Below are positions 51,783 to 62,466 of a stretch of DNA of 64,000 nucleotides, in pieces. Positions within the stretch are counted from its first letter, which is position 1. Every line of letters starts with the position of its first letter. The stretch is from the IMG/VR virus record IMGVR_UViG_3300011008_000008; one strand, given 5' to 3'. A model generated the notes under the pieces. That model saw only the letters and a program-made list of their open reading frames with translations. It made no database searches and had not been told where the DNA came from. Both the position numbers and the translations under genes were made by a program. The stretch is from a virus. Taxonomy: Duplodnaviria > Caudoviricetes.

Positions 51783-53036
51783 ATGCAGACATTGCGAAGA
51801 AACTATCTTACAATTAAAACAGAGGTTATAAATTTGGAATTTAAAAGATTAAACAATGAAAGCGAAGAACAATTCTTATGGCGTATAGGTCAAGCAAAAG
51901 ATAATGGTTTGATCGACTGCGACTGGTCTGATATCGCTGATATTATGAATAGCGAATTCAGAACTGACGAATCAGAATATCGAACAGAGGCCGCGTATCG
52001 GAAACCATATCAACAGGCCAAGAGATTTTTTGACGCTGGAATCTTTAAAGATCATAATGATAACACTTACATACAAGAACTACGCCAAACCAAAGAAGAA
52101 CTTCGCAAAGAAAAGCAAAAGTTATTTGATGAACGAACTGAATTAAACAGAATACTACGGAACGAAGCACGAGTTGAAAATGATCTTGCTTATCTTGAAA
52201 CTATTATTTCAGACAGAAGCAAAGCAAGATATATACCGCAAGAAATCCCACATATAGATTCAGACAACGATCTTATAATATGCGTGTCTGATTTTCATCT
52301 TGGTATTACGAATCACAATACATTTGGTCAATATGATTCAGACATTGCCGTTGATCGGCTTGCTGAATACTATAATCAGATTGCAGACATTGCAGATAAC
52401 CATAAATGCAAAGATGCATATGTTGTATTCCTTGGCGATCTTATCAATGGAGAAATCCATCTTACCTCCCAATTAGAGAACAGGGAGAATCTAACCGAAC
52501 AAGTACAGAAAGCAGCAGAAAGTTTATCTGATTTTGTTCATTTGCTTAGTGGTTTGTTTGAAACAGTTTATATCAATGGTGTTGCCGGTAATCATAGTCG
52601 TACTTCTTTTAAGGACGAAGTACTTCGCGGAAATAAACTTGACAATCTGATTCCGTGGTATATGAAAGCCGCACTGAAACACATTGAGAATATCAAGTTT
52701 ATCGATGAATATAATTATGATCCCACAATAGGCAAGATCGATATTCGAGGAAATGAGTACTTGCTTGTACATGGAGACTTTGATCAATTCAACGAGGCTG
52801 GCGTATCCAAGCTTGTTATGATGATCGGTCATAAACCGTGTTCTATATTAATGGGTCATATGCATCATAATAGCTATGATGATATCAATGGTGTGAAAAT
52901 TATTCGTAGTGGCAGCTTCGCCGGAACAGGCGATGATTATTGTATTACGAAGAGACTATATGGGAAGCCAAGCCAGATGGCTGTAGTGGTAAATGACAGT
53001 GGCGTAAAATGCTGCTACCCAATTGATTTAGTTTAA
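51783..53036 (+). CDS. Calcineurin-like metallophosphoesterase (YonJ-like)
   Basis: SDFHLG, GDLING, GNHSR, HGD, GHMHH. Confidence 0.85.
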   Translation: MQTLRRNYLTIKTEVINLEFKRLNNESEEQFLWRIGQAKDNGLIDCDWSDIADIMNSEFRTDESEYRTEAAYRKPYQQAKRFFDAGIFKDHNDNTYIQELRQTKEELRKEKQKLFDERTELNRILRNEARVENDLAYLETIISDRSKARYIPQEIPHIDSDNDLIICVSDFHLGITNHNTFGQYDSDIAVDRLAEYYNQIADIADNHKCKDAYVVFLGDLINGEIHLTSQLENRENLTEQVQKAAESLSDFVHLLSGLFETVYINGVAGNHSRTSFKDEVLRGNKLDNLIPWYMKAALKHIENIKFIDEYNYDPTIGKIDIRGNEYLLVHGDFDQFNEAGVSKLVMMIGHKPCSILMGHMHHNSYDDINGVKIIRSGSFAGTGDDYCITKRLYGKPSQMAVVVNDSGVKCCYPIDLV

Positions 53037-53053
53037 GAAAGAAGATAGAGAAA

Positions 53054-53332
53054 ATGAAAAAGAGTGATTTGCTAAATAATATTTCAAAGAAAACCGGTAT
53101 TCCGAAGTCGGAGTGCGAAACTGTAATTGATGCTATGATATATGAGATTACTGATTCGCTTATCAATGGTGAGAAAGTATCTATTAAGAGCTTTATGACT
53201 TTTGATCTTGGTTTGCGTGCTGAACGCAATGCCAGAAATCCGTCCACCGGCGAAATCGTGAAGTTCCCTGCCGTTAGGACAGTAAAGTGTAAAATGAGCA
53301 GAGAAATAAAAGACGCAATTAATAACAAATGA
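53054..53332 (+). CDS. hup: HU-family DNA-binding protein
   Basis: KSDLL..IS.KTG, GEKVSI..F.TF, RNARNPSTGE. Confidence 0.92.
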   Translation: MKKSDLLNNISKKTGIPKSECETVIDAMIYEITDSLINGEKVSIKSFMTFDLGLRAERNARNPSTGEIVKFPAVRTVKCKMSREIKDAINNK

Positions 53333-53345
53333 TTGGAGAAAATAG

Positions 53346-54131
53346 ATGAAGAAGTGTGATTTAACAGATATATACGAACTTGCAGATATAATCTATGATC
53401 AAGCAGCAGATGGTAATTGGGTTTATGCAACTTTATTTTATGACGATGCTACAGAACTAATGAGGGCGTTACTTGATTATGAAGATGTTTCTGTTCAATG
53501 TATTGATATCGCAGACGATACCATAGATGGATACAACAAAGAGTATCATGTTGCTTTAGATCCTAATCTGTCCCTTGCCGTTGAACATGCTTGGCAGGAT
53601 AAGAATGAATGGAATGAAGCTGGTTATTTATACTTTGAGGCTGATGTCTTGTATATTGATGGATCAGCTAATTATGCCGTTGTTAAAAGGCAGGGCAATC
53701 CAGAATGTGATGTTTATGAATTAGAAATCGAAGATAGTATAGAATTTGATGATGAATCAGATGAATCAGATTTTTGCAGTCTACTTGACTTTTTATTGGA
53801 TGTTATCGAAGGTGCTATCTCCGAAGATGATTCAGAGTATGACGAAGATAAAAACGATGAGGTTTTAGAGTTTATTCATCGTAGATTCCCGTGGGAATTA
53901 ATATGGGATTATGAGAATTGTTATTATTTTGCACTCATCCTAAAAGATAGATTCCCTGGTGGAGAAATTTTCTATGATGTAATCAACGGTCATTTTTCTT
54001 ATAAGTATAAAGGCAAGCATTATGACCACACAGGCGTAATTAATCCGGACGGCTACTTGGTGAATTGGGAAAAGTTTGATGATTATGATTCAATACAAAA
54101 GAAAAGAATTATTCGTGATTGCATAAAGTAA
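53346..54131 (+). CDS. Acidic hypothetical protein (two-domain)
   Basis: ORF track. Confidence 0.6.
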   Translation: MKKCDLTDIYELADIIYDQAADGNWVYATLFYDDATELMRALLDYEDVSVQCIDIADDTIDGYNKEYHVALDPNLSLAVEHAWQDKNEWNEAGYLYFEADVLYIDGSANYAVVKRQGNPECDVYELEIEDSIEFDDESDESDFCSLLDFLLDVIEGAISEDDSEYDEDKNDEVLEFIHRRFPWELIWDYENCYYFALILKDRFPGGEIFYDVINGHFSYKYKGKHYDHTGVINPDGYLVNWEKFDDYDSIQKKRIIRDCIK

Positions 54132-54164
54132 TTCAACGATTCACATAAATAGGATGATGATAGA

Positions 54165-55064
54165 ATGCCAAATGTAATACAAAGTGATAAATATACCTGT
54201 TGTGAGTGCGGCAATTCATTACCAAAGAATAAATTCTTTAAAAGTTCAAGCAGTATATTTTCAGGCATTGGGCATCTTCCTATATGCAAAGACTGTTTGG
54301 AACGAGAATTAAAAAAATACAAAATTGAATATCATGGCGATAACAATAGAGCTATGCAGCGCTTATGTATGATGTTTGACATATACTATGACGCTGCATT
54401 ATTTGAATCCTGTGATGGTAATGATGAGAAGGTTGTCGGCAACTATATTAGAAAAACAAACCTTGGACAATACAAAAACAGAACGTTTGATACTTCTGTT
54501 GAAGAAGGATTTGTCTTTATCGACGGCAACTCTTTAGAAGATAATTCAAAGCCAGTAGTCGAAAATCCTCCCAATCCAAAGTTGGTTGAAAAGTGGGGCG
54601 GAGGTTTATCGAATATAGATTATGATGAACTTGAAAAGCATTATAAGTATTTAAAATCTGCCAATCCAAATTGTGATAGTAACCAAGAAATATTTATTGT
54701 AGAGCTGTGCTACACAAAGATGCAGCAAATGAAAGCTGTGCGTGAGGGGCGCGTAGATGATTACAAGAAACTCGCTGATTCATACCGACAGTCGTTTTCA
54801 CAAGCTGGTTTGAAAACTGTGCGAGACACAAGTGCCAGCGAAGGATTTACTATAGGCGTCAATGCAGAATTAATTGAGAAGTACACTCCAGCAGAGTATT
54901 ATAAAAATAAACAGCTTTATAAGGATTATGATAATATCCAAGATTATATTGAGCGCTTTCTATTACGTCCGCTTCGCAATTTGAAATTTGGTTCAACTGA
55001 TCGTGATCATGAGTATTATGTAAAGGATGAAGATGATTCAGATGATTTCATCGACGATGAATAA
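54165..55064 (+). CDS. Zn-finger protein, candidate terminase small subunit (YonG-like)
   Basis: CCECG...PICKDC; directly upstream of the terminase large subunit. Confidence 0.55.
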   Translation: MPNVIQSDKYTCCECGNSLPKNKFFKSSSSIFSGIGHLPICKDCLERELKKYKIEYHGDNNRAMQRLCMMFDIYYDAALFESCDGNDEKVVGNYIRKTNLGQYKNRTFDTSVEEGFVFIDGNSLEDNSKPVVENPPNPKLVEKWGGGLSNIDYDELEKHYKYLKSANPNCDSNQEIFIVELCYTKMQQMKAVREGRVDDYKKLADSYRQSFSQAGLKTVRDTSASEGFTIGVNAELIEKYTPAEYYKNKQLYKDYDNIQDYIERFLLRPLRNLKFGSTDRDHEYYVKDEDDSDDFIDDE

Positions 55065-56880
55065 AAAGCGACCAGTCAATTGCGATGCAGACGAAAAGCA
55101 ATCAAGTTTATATACATTATTTCCGCCAGATAGTCTATTGGGAGACGAAACTTTTACAGATCATTTCATACAATGGGTAACTTTTTTTAGGAGAAATCTA
55201 CATAGGTTTGCAATGGATTATCTTGGATTGAAACTGCACTTATATCAGATAATCATGTTATATCTGATGGGCATATGTCAATTCTTTGTTGTCATTGCAA
55301 GCCGTGCATCTGCCAAGTCATTTATTATTGCCCTGTACGCTTGTTGCAGATGTATACTATACCCAAATTCAAAAGTTGTTCTTGCATCGGGTACTAAGGG
55401 GCAATCTAAACTATTAGTTTCTGAAAAGATACAAAAAGAATTGATGTCCTTGTCCCCCGCCCTATGCAAAGAGATTTTAAAAATCAAAGATAATCAAAAT
55501 GAAGTAATTGTCTATTTCAGAAACAATAGTACAATCACTGTTGTTCCCGCCAATGAGAATGCGAGAGGTTATCGTTCAAACGTTATTGTTCGAGAAGAGT
55601 TTAGACAAATCAAGAAGTTTGTTGACGATAGTATTTTATCTCCTTTCCAAATTATAAGGCAAACACCATATATGAGCGATTCTTTTTATTCTGGCAATAA
55701 AGATCTGCAGGAAGAATCTGTTGATATTTATATTAGTTCAAGTTGGTTTGACGATGGTCAAAACTGGATGTGGAATATTGCAGATCAAGCATACGATGAT
55801 ATGCTCAAGAATAAGCAATCATATCTTCTCGCATTTGATGAATCAATTGCTTTGAAGCATAATATCAAGTCAATGCGTTATTTCCAGACAGAGAAGAAAA
55901 AGCAAGACCCTATCACATGGCAAATTGAATTTCTTAATGCTCGATTGCGCGAAAACCATTCTGCGTTCTTCACCTATAATATGTTACAGCAGAACCAGCG
56001 GGCCAAGAAACCATTTTATCCCAGGACATTGCTTGACTTTAGAATGAACAAAAAGAATCCTTATGATATACCAAAGCAGAAGAACGAGATACGAATAGTA
56101 GCTTGTGATATGGCTTTTATTGAAAATAAAAAGAACGACAATTCCATATACTCTTGTATTAGATTGCTTCCTGAATGTACTACCTATAACAAAGCGGCTA
56201 CCGAGGAAATCACAGTAGACAACGGTTATAGAAGGATAGTTCCATATATGGAATCTGCTCAAGGCGGAGATGTCGTAAGGCAAGCTACGAGGATCAGAGA
56301 ATTATTCGATGACTTCAGCGCGGATTATATTGTTCTCGATATGAGAAACGCCGGTATCGCAATATATGATCTATTAGCAAAAGTCATGTACGATGAGGAT
56401 AGAGGTATTGAATACTCTCCTCTATCTTGTATGAACGATGATTCAATCGCAAATAGGATAAAGGTAGATGGAGCCTTGCCCTGCATATTTGCAATTAATG
56501 CTTCACAGAAATTGAATAGCGATATTGCATTAGATTTTAGGCGTATATTAGAAACTAAGAAGATTGATTTCTTGGTTTCTTTTGAGCAAGCCAACGAGGA
56601 AATATTACCAAACATAAAAGAATATGTTGGATCGCCTGATGCGGAAACACAAATATTTTATGAATCTCCATTCCTGGAGACACAGGCTTTAATTAGTGAA
56701 ACGACAAGTCTGATATATGAGAAGAAACAAGATACCGGTGTAATCGTTGTGCGTGAGCAAGGAGTAAACAGGAAGGATAGATATACAAGCTGTAGCTATG
56801 GTTCCTACTTCGCGTCTCTATTGGAAAAAGATTTAGTTTCACACAACGAGGATTATGAATTTGCTACTTTTATAAATTAG
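55027..56880 (+). CDS. terL: Terminase large subunit
   Basis: ASRASAKS Walker A variant, ARGYR..VIVREEF Walker B, VACDMA and KDRYT nuclease motifs. Confidence 0.85.
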   Translation: MKMIQMISSTMNKKRPVNCDADEKQSSLYTLFPPDSLLGDETFTDHFIQWVTFFRRNLHRFAMDYLGLKLHLYQIIMLYLMGICQFFVVIASRASAKSFIIALYACCRCILYPNSKVVLASGTKGQSKLLVSEKIQKELMSLSPALCKEILKIKDNQNEVIVYFRNNSTITVVPANENARGYRSNVIVREEFRQIKKFVDDSILSPFQIIRQTPYMSDSFYSGNKDLQEESVDIYISSSWFDDGQNWMWNIADQAYDDMLKNKQSYLLAFDESIALKHNIKSMRYFQTEKKKQDPITWQIEFLNARLRENHSAFFTYNMLQQNQRAKKPFYPRTLLDFRMNKKNPYDIPKQKNEIRIVACDMAFIENKKNDNSIYSCIRLLPECTTYNKAATEEITVDNGYRRIVPYMESAQGGDVVRQATRIRELFDDFSADYIVLDMRNAGIAIYDLLAKVMYDEDRGIEYSPLSCMNDDSIANRIKVDGALPCIFAINASQKLNSDIALDFRRILETKKIDFLVSFEQANEEILPNIKEYVGSPDAETQIFYESPFLETQALISETTSLIYEKKQDTGVIVVREQGVNRKDRYTSCSYGSYFASLLEKDLVSHNEDYEFATFIN

Positions 56881-56892
56881 GAGGACGATTTA

Positions 56893-58557
56893 ATGAAAGA
56901 AAACATTACGACCTCTAATGCTGCCAAACAAGGAAATCGTCCTCGCAAGTCTAACACTAAACAGCCAAATGTTGGTCTTAGAGAAGATAAGAAGGTTCAA
57001 AACGAATTCAATTCTTATATTGGTTCTAAAGAATATTCATACTTCTATTTCGGTCTTAATATTTTAGATATGTATAAGCCGGAACAATTGGCGGCATTAG
57101 TTAAAGACCCTATAGCTAATAACAAGACATTACGAGATATTTCCTTAATGCTCTATGGTACTAATGGTACATATACAAATGTTGTTGATTATATGACATC
57201 TTTACCAACGTTGAGCAAAGTCATTATACCACATGGAAAAAGCGAAAACAAAAAGAGGAAAAACAAGTCATTAATGATTTCTGTCCTTAGAGCAATCAAG
57301 GATAAAGAGTTTATCCGAGACGCTCTATTTAAAGGAATGGTTGAGGGCGTTGCTTTCTATTATTTTGAAACGCAAGGAATGCCTACAGACAACAAGAAGT
57401 TTCTCACAGACTATGATGTTTATAATGTATTGGAAATAAACGAGCTTGGTTTTAATGCCAGCATCATTCCGCTTCCAGTTGATTATACTCAAATTGTTGG
57501 TTTGAAGAATAACGATTATGTTCTTGCTTTTAATCTGGATTATTTTGATATTTGCCCAAATGAACCAGTTGAGCGTAAGCTTAGGAAATATCCAAAGGAA
57601 ATCAGAGATGCTTATTACAAGCGGCGCAATCAAGAGCAAGAGTCCGATACGGGCAATTGGGTAATACTTGATAACACAAAAACTATTGTTCATAAGATAA
57701 GGTCAAAGTCCGAGGAAAAGTTTGGTAGGCCACTTGTACTTGCGGCAATCATGGATATTCTTTATAGGGATTATTTCACTGATACAAAGCGGAATGTGTT
57801 GGATGAAATCAATAACCGCATTGTTTATCAAACATTCCCGGAGGGCAAGGACAAGGGCACGTCTGCATTGACAAAGGTTCAACAGGAGAATCAGCACAAT
57901 GCTGTAAAGAGTGCTGTATTAAATAAGAATAATCGTGGTGGCGTATCATTCTTTTCTATCGCCGCTGGAACAAAGATTACTGCCTTAGACACAACCAATA
58001 TAGATATTTTCGATGAGAAGAATGAAGCAGACCTCGACAACAAAATTGCCTTGGCTCTTGGCTTCGCTGGAAATGCTCTGTCCGGAAGCGGCAGCGGTAG
58101 TTATTCTGCCCAGGAATCAAATCTTGAACTGGTTACTTCTCAGATCTATCAGTGGATCGGACAAATTCAGAATGAGCTGAATAAGTGTATCAATGCCAAT
58201 ATAATCAAAGATTCACGAAATTGGGTTGATGTTGAATACCTTCCCATTACTCATTTGAATAAAAAGAGTATGGTCAATTATGCCAAGGAACTGTATCTTG
58301 AAGGTAGTGGCAGCTTATCACTATGGGTTGCGTCATGTGGTATTTCTCCAGATGCTTATTTTGCATTACTTGATGAGGAACTTGAAAATAATATTTATGA
58401 TAAGTACAAGCCACATCAGACTTCATATACATATTCCAATAAAACATCTTCTACGGACAAGGGTGGCAGACCTGTTTCTGATACACCATCTGATAGCACT
58501 ATATTATCCAGAAGTAATAATGGTAATGCCTTGCCTACTCCGAGCGATAATGAATAA
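56893..58557 (+). CDS. Portal protein (YonE-like)
   Basis: Size and position after terL; C-terminal GGRP. Confidence 0.75.
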   Translation: MKENITTSNAAKQGNRPRKSNTKQPNVGLREDKKVQNEFNSYIGSKEYSYFYFGLNILDMYKPEQLAALVKDPIANNKTLRDISLMLYGTNGTYTNVVDYMTSLPTLSKVIIPHGKSENKKRKNKSLMISVLRAIKDKEFIRDALFKGMVEGVAFYYFETQGMPTDNKKFLTDYDVYNVLEINELGFNASIIPLPVDYTQIVGLKNNDYVLAFNLDYFDICPNEPVERKLRKYPKEIRDAYYKRRNQEQESDTGNWVILDNTKTIVHKIRSKSEEKFGRPLVLAAIMDILYRDYFTDTKRNVLDEINNRIVYQTFPEGKDKGTSALTKVQQENQHNAVKSAVLNKNNRGGVSFFSIAAGTKITALDTTNIDIFDEKNEADLDNKIALALGFAGNALSGSGSGSYSAQESNLELVTSQIYQWIGQIQNELNKCINANIIKDSRNWVDVEYLPITHLNKKSMVNYAKELYLEGSGSLSLWVASCGISPDAYFALLDEELENNIYDKYKPHQTSYTYSNKTSSTDKGGRPVSDTPSDSTILSRSNNGNALPTPSDNE

Positions 58558-58624
58558 AGCTATTATTTGATTGTAATATATATTCCTTACAACAAATAGT
58601 TATTTTAGAAAGGTGGTGTAAGTT

Positions 58625-59836
58625 GTGAAAACATTTGAACTCTCCAAGCAGATGAGCAGAAATGGTCGAAGAAAATTCACTATGGTTCTGCATGAAATAT
58701 ATCCAGACGATTGCGTTGATGAAAGTATTGAACAAGGCACTGTTTATAATAAAAACGGAATTACATGGATACGTGAATACTGCGAAAATGCTCTTGATTC
58801 AATTAAAGATATGAGTCTACGCGCTGAGTTTCTGGACGATGATCGTACAGAGATTTGCGGCCACGGCGAAACAGGCGTAGAAGATGGATTGCCTATTTTT
58901 GAAAATGCTGATATTCTCGGACATTTTACTAAAGGATATATCGATACAATTACAGACGAAGATGGAATAGAACATACTGTTATGCTGGCAGATGGGTATA
59001 TTGATGAAATGTGCCACAAGAACTATGTTAAGAAGCTGGAAGAAGACATCGAAAATAATAATCCACCTTTCGGCAGTGTCGAGATATTCCGAACAGATAA
59101 CAACGATAGGATTATATATAAATACGGTTACAAACGTGAAGGGAGAATACCTACAGAGTTTGTATATAGTGGCTATGCCCTATTGGGTGTTACACCCGCC
59201 GATGATCAGGCTAAGATCATCGAGCTAAACGAACAAAACAAGGAGGATGGATGTACTATGACTGAGGCTGAAATCAAGGCTCTCGTTGAACAAACAGTTA
59301 ATGAGATGTCTAATCATACTGCCGAAATTAATGAGTGCAAGCAGAATTGCGAGGCGCAGATAAATGAAGCCAACGCCGCGAAGGATGCTGCAATTAATGA
59401 AAAGAATGAAGCGATTGCTAATTCTGAGCAGATTCAGGCCGCGCTTGATGAATGTCGTAACGAACTAAGCGAGGCTTATAGGAAGATTGATGGTTTATAT
59501 GCCGAGATGAATGTTTTAAATGAGGAGCTTGGCAAGGCTAAGGCTAAGGAGCGCATTGGCGAATTGAATGATGCTCTTTCTCGTTTTAACGATGAACAGC
59601 GCGAATATGCCAAGGATGAAATCGAGAGCTTTAAGGCTGATCCCGTCAATTCTGAATTGAACGCAGTCGTGGATAAGATTCTAAGAGAGATTGGTAATAA
59701 GACTATGGAGGACGCTGCCGCCAAGGAAGCTGAAATGATTGCTGAACAGAATGCAGCAAACATTAGTGATATAGATATTTTTAGTGGCGTAGCTAATCCG
59801 GTTGAGCCAAATATTGAAGATACCAATATCTTTTAA
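58625..59836 (+). CDS. Prohead protease/scaffold (YonD-like)
   Basis: H...GSVEI protease-like N-domain plus acidic coiled coil. Confidence 0.65.
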   Translation: MKTFELSKQMSRNGRRKFTMVLHEIYPDDCVDESIEQGTVYNKNGITWIREYCENALDSIKDMSLRAEFLDDDRTEICGHGETGVEDGLPIFENADILGHFTKGYIDTITDEDGIEHTVMLADGYIDEMCHKNYVKKLEEDIENNNPPFGSVEIFRTDNNDRIIYKYGYKREGRIPTEFVYSGYALLGVTPADDQAKIIELNEQNKEDGCTMTEAEIKALVEQTVNEMSNHTAEINECKQNCEAQINEANAAKDAAINEKNEAIANSEQIQAALDECRNELSEAYRKIDGLYAEMNVLNEELGKAKAKERIGELNDALSRFNDEQREYAKDEIESFKADPVNSELNAVVDKILREIGNKTMEDAAAKEAEMIAEQNAANISDIDIFSGVANPVEPNIEDTNIF

Positions 59837-59860
59837 TTCATTGAAAGGAAGGACAATACA

Positions 59861-60313
59861 ATGATTAAGTGCGAAACTGTTGGAATGATTGAAGTTTCTA
59901 AGAATAACCCCCTGCTAACATCCGAAAAAGATGTTGCCAATTATGATTTTATTACTGTTGATGAGCTCCTGTATCTGATTTGCAACACCATAGTTGGTGA
60001 TGATGCCTATCGTGATGCTGTCACCATCAAGGCTGGCGAGTTCCTGAATGGTTATCAGGTAGATGCTTGGGTTGGTCAGAAGCTTGTCGTGGATGAGTCT
60101 CATATCGCTTATGCCGATGGCAAGACTTATGCTGATTTGAAAGTCGCCGATCCTGATGCTGATCCCGCCGTTGAAGCTACTCTTCTGACCGTGAACGACG
60201 AAGGTAAGCTGGCCGTTGCTGCTTCTACTCCTGCGTCTGGCATTTACTTCAAGGTGACTGATAAGGTTACTCTGACCGAAAAGGCTGTTAAGGTGCTTGT
60301 TTGTGCTGCTTAA
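59861..60313 (+). CDS. Capsid decoration-like protein
   Basis: Position before MCP; high-expression codon bias. Confidence 0.55.
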   Translation: MIKCETVGMIEVSKNNPLLTSEKDVANYDFITVDELLYLICNTIVGDDAYRDAVTIKAGEFLNGYQVDAWVGQKLVVDESHIAYADGKTYADLKVADPDADPAVEATLLTVNDEGKLAVAASTPASGIYFKVTDKVTLTEKAVKVLVCAA

Positions 60314-60353
60314 TAGTTAGGTTATTCTAATTCTGAAAGGAAGGTTTATTTGC

Positions 60354-61454
60354 ATGAATACTTATGAACTAAATAACATCCGCAAGGATGCTGATATTTT
60401 TTCTGGTAAGTTCAATCAGCACTCTCCCGTTGTTGAGATTTTTACAGCGATGGTGAATGGTGAGGATTTGGCTCGCTTTGGCAAGAAGGGCGACGAGGCC
60501 GTTAAGTATATTAAGGGTCTGGGCGATAAGGCCGCGAACGGTGATACAAGTGCTGTTGCCGAGCTGAATACCCTGCGTCGTTTCATGATTGAAGGCCCCG
60601 TGATGGAGGAAATCAAGCTGCTGGGTATCTTTGGTTCTTATCAGAATGTTGGATACGATGAGACTATTGAGCGCGAAGTGTACACCGAGGGCGGCGAGTA
60701 TTCCCGCGAACAGGCTGCTAATGGCGATGTGGTGTTCCCGGTGATCACCAAGCAGGTCTATCCTGTGTCTTCTTTCACCATTTCTGGCGGCTATGCTGTG
60801 GACTATCGTCGGGTTGCCCTGGGCGATATGAGCAAGGAAAATGAGGGCATGGCTCATGTGCGTACTGACATTGCCAACCGTGCGAAGCTGGCTGTGGTGA
60901 AGCGCGTGTACGATGCTATCAAGAACGCCACTGGCGTGAAGTATATGTATGAGTTTGCTGGTCTGACCAAGGCTGGTGTGGATAAGGTGCTGACCGATGT
61001 CCGTCGTGTTGGCCGTCCTACTGTTGTCGGCGACTATGCTGTGATTTCTCAGTTTACCCCTTGGGCTGGCTATGTTGGCTCTATTAATAGCAATACCATT
61101 ACTGGCATTTCAGAGAAGATCATGAACGAGCTACAGGCCAATGGTACTCTGTCCATGTACAATGGTGCTATTCTGACTGAAATGGCGAATCCCTACAACT
61201 ACTTCAAGCTGAATGCTGCTGGCGATAACTTTGAGACCCTTCTGCCCGCTGGTCTGGCTTTTGTTATTCCTACTGGTGCTGAGTCTCCGATTGCTACCTG
61301 GACTCGTGGCGGTCTTACCAGCTTCACTGGTAACGATGTTAAGACTGGCAAGATTATCTCCCGCTTCGATCTTGAGGTTGCGGTGGATGTCGCTAAGACT
61401 AAGGAGCATCAGATTGGTGTTATCTATGACACCAATGTTGGTGGACTTCAGTAA
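60354..61454 (+). CDS. Major capsid protein
   Basis: 366 aa, strong codon bias, followed by terminator. Confidence 0.8.
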   Translation: MNTYELNNIRKDADIFSGKFNQHSPVVEIFTAMVNGEDLARFGKKGDEAVKYIKGLGDKAANGDTSAVAELNTLRRFMIEGPVMEEIKLLGIFGSYQNVGYDETIEREVYTEGGEYSREQAANGDVVFPVITKQVYPVSSFTISGGYAVDYRRVALGDMSKENEGMAHVRTDIANRAKLAVVKRVYDAIKNATGVKYMYEFAGLTKAGVDKVLTDVRRVGRPTVVGDYAVISQFTPWAGYVGSINSNTITGISEKIMNELQANGTLSMYNGAILTEMANPYNYFKLNAAGDNFETLLPAGLAFVIPTGAESPIATWTRGGLTSFTGNDVKTGKIISRFDLEVAVDVAKTKEHQIGVIYDTNVGGLQ

Positions 61455-61466
61455 TTGATAAACACC

Positions 61467-61500
61467 TTAGTGCGGATTGTTGTTTGATAATCCGCACTAA
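61467..61500 (+). terminator. Hairpin after MCP
   Basis: TTAGTGCGGATT...AATCCGCACTAA. Confidence 0.7.
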
Positions 61501-61545
61501 GTTATATATCGAAAGTGAAATAGGTTTAAGAAATGAGGTATAATA

Positions 61546-62034
61546 ATGGGCCAATCAACTGCGAAAAAGGAATTGAACCTTGACGAGAAAGTTACCGTCA
61601 GGAGTATTTCAAACTCTTTTATTGGGTTCCAACGTATAGCCGATGGTGCTATTGGCGACATTAGCATTGCCAAGCGCGGAACAGCCAGACTTACTCGAAA
61701 TGAAATTATTGCCCAAGTTCAGAATAACAATGTTTTGTTTACCGGAACTGACGGCAAGGGAAGCCACGCTTCATTAATAATAGAAGATGCTCCTACGCGA
61801 ATTGAAGTAGACTTTGAGACCGAGGATGGAAGCATTAAGCAGAATGTTTTCAGCACTGATTTGGTGAAGAGCCTATTTAAGATTTCAAATCAGGTTTCTT
61901 TTGAAAATAGCGTTAGGGACGCGATTCGTACACAAGACGAGAAGTCTGCAATCATTGATGCTATTAAGGAACTAAAGCTAAATGATTATAGTAAAATTAG
62001 ATTCATCGAAAACTATACAGGTTTTAAGATTTGA
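61546..62034 (+). CDS. Hypothetical virion-module protein
   Basis: Synteny. Confidence 0.55.
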   Translation: MGQSTAKKELNLDEKVTVRSISNSFIGFQRIADGAIGDISIAKRGTARLTRNEIIAQVQNNNVLFTGTDGKGSHASLIIEDAPTRIEVDFETEDGSIKQNVFSTDLVKSLFKISNQVSFENSVRDAIRTQDEKSAIIDAIKELKLNDYSKIRFIENYTGFKI

Positions 62035-62453
62035 AAATACTAATTATTGAAGGGGATGATTTTATGCAAACAAAAGCATCAGATGTAATTGAAAGCTTTG
62101 AATCATCTTTTCAAGATAAATGTGAAATACCTGCTTCGCTTGAATATCTTTGGTTAAAAAAGGCAATTGCACGATTCTGTATAGAACTCTCTGAAATCTC
62201 ACTGGATGATGAAAGCAAGTTATTTGATTCGGCGCTTAATCAGTATGAGATAGACACACTCGCAATGTTTATGAAGAAGTTTTACCAGGAACGCGAAGTA
62301 TCTAAAGTGAACAAGCGAGTATCTATTGTCAGCAAAGATCTGAGTATAGATGGCAATAACGGTTCTAAAACTGCTGCAAAAAATGAGTTGGATTATATAT
62401 GCAGCGAGTCAGAATACATGATAGCCAATCAGAAACCTACTGCATATGTATAG
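62031..62453 (+). CDS. Putative head-tail adaptor
   Basis: Synteny and size. Confidence 0.5.
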   Translation: MKILIIEGDDFMQTKASDVIESFESSFQDKCEIPASLEYLWLKKAIARFCIELSEISLDDESKLFDSALNQYEIDTLAMFMKKFYQEREVSKVNKRVSIVSKDLSIDGNNGSKTAAKNELDYICSESEYMIANQKPTAYV

Positions 62454-62466
62454 GCGGTGAGTATGG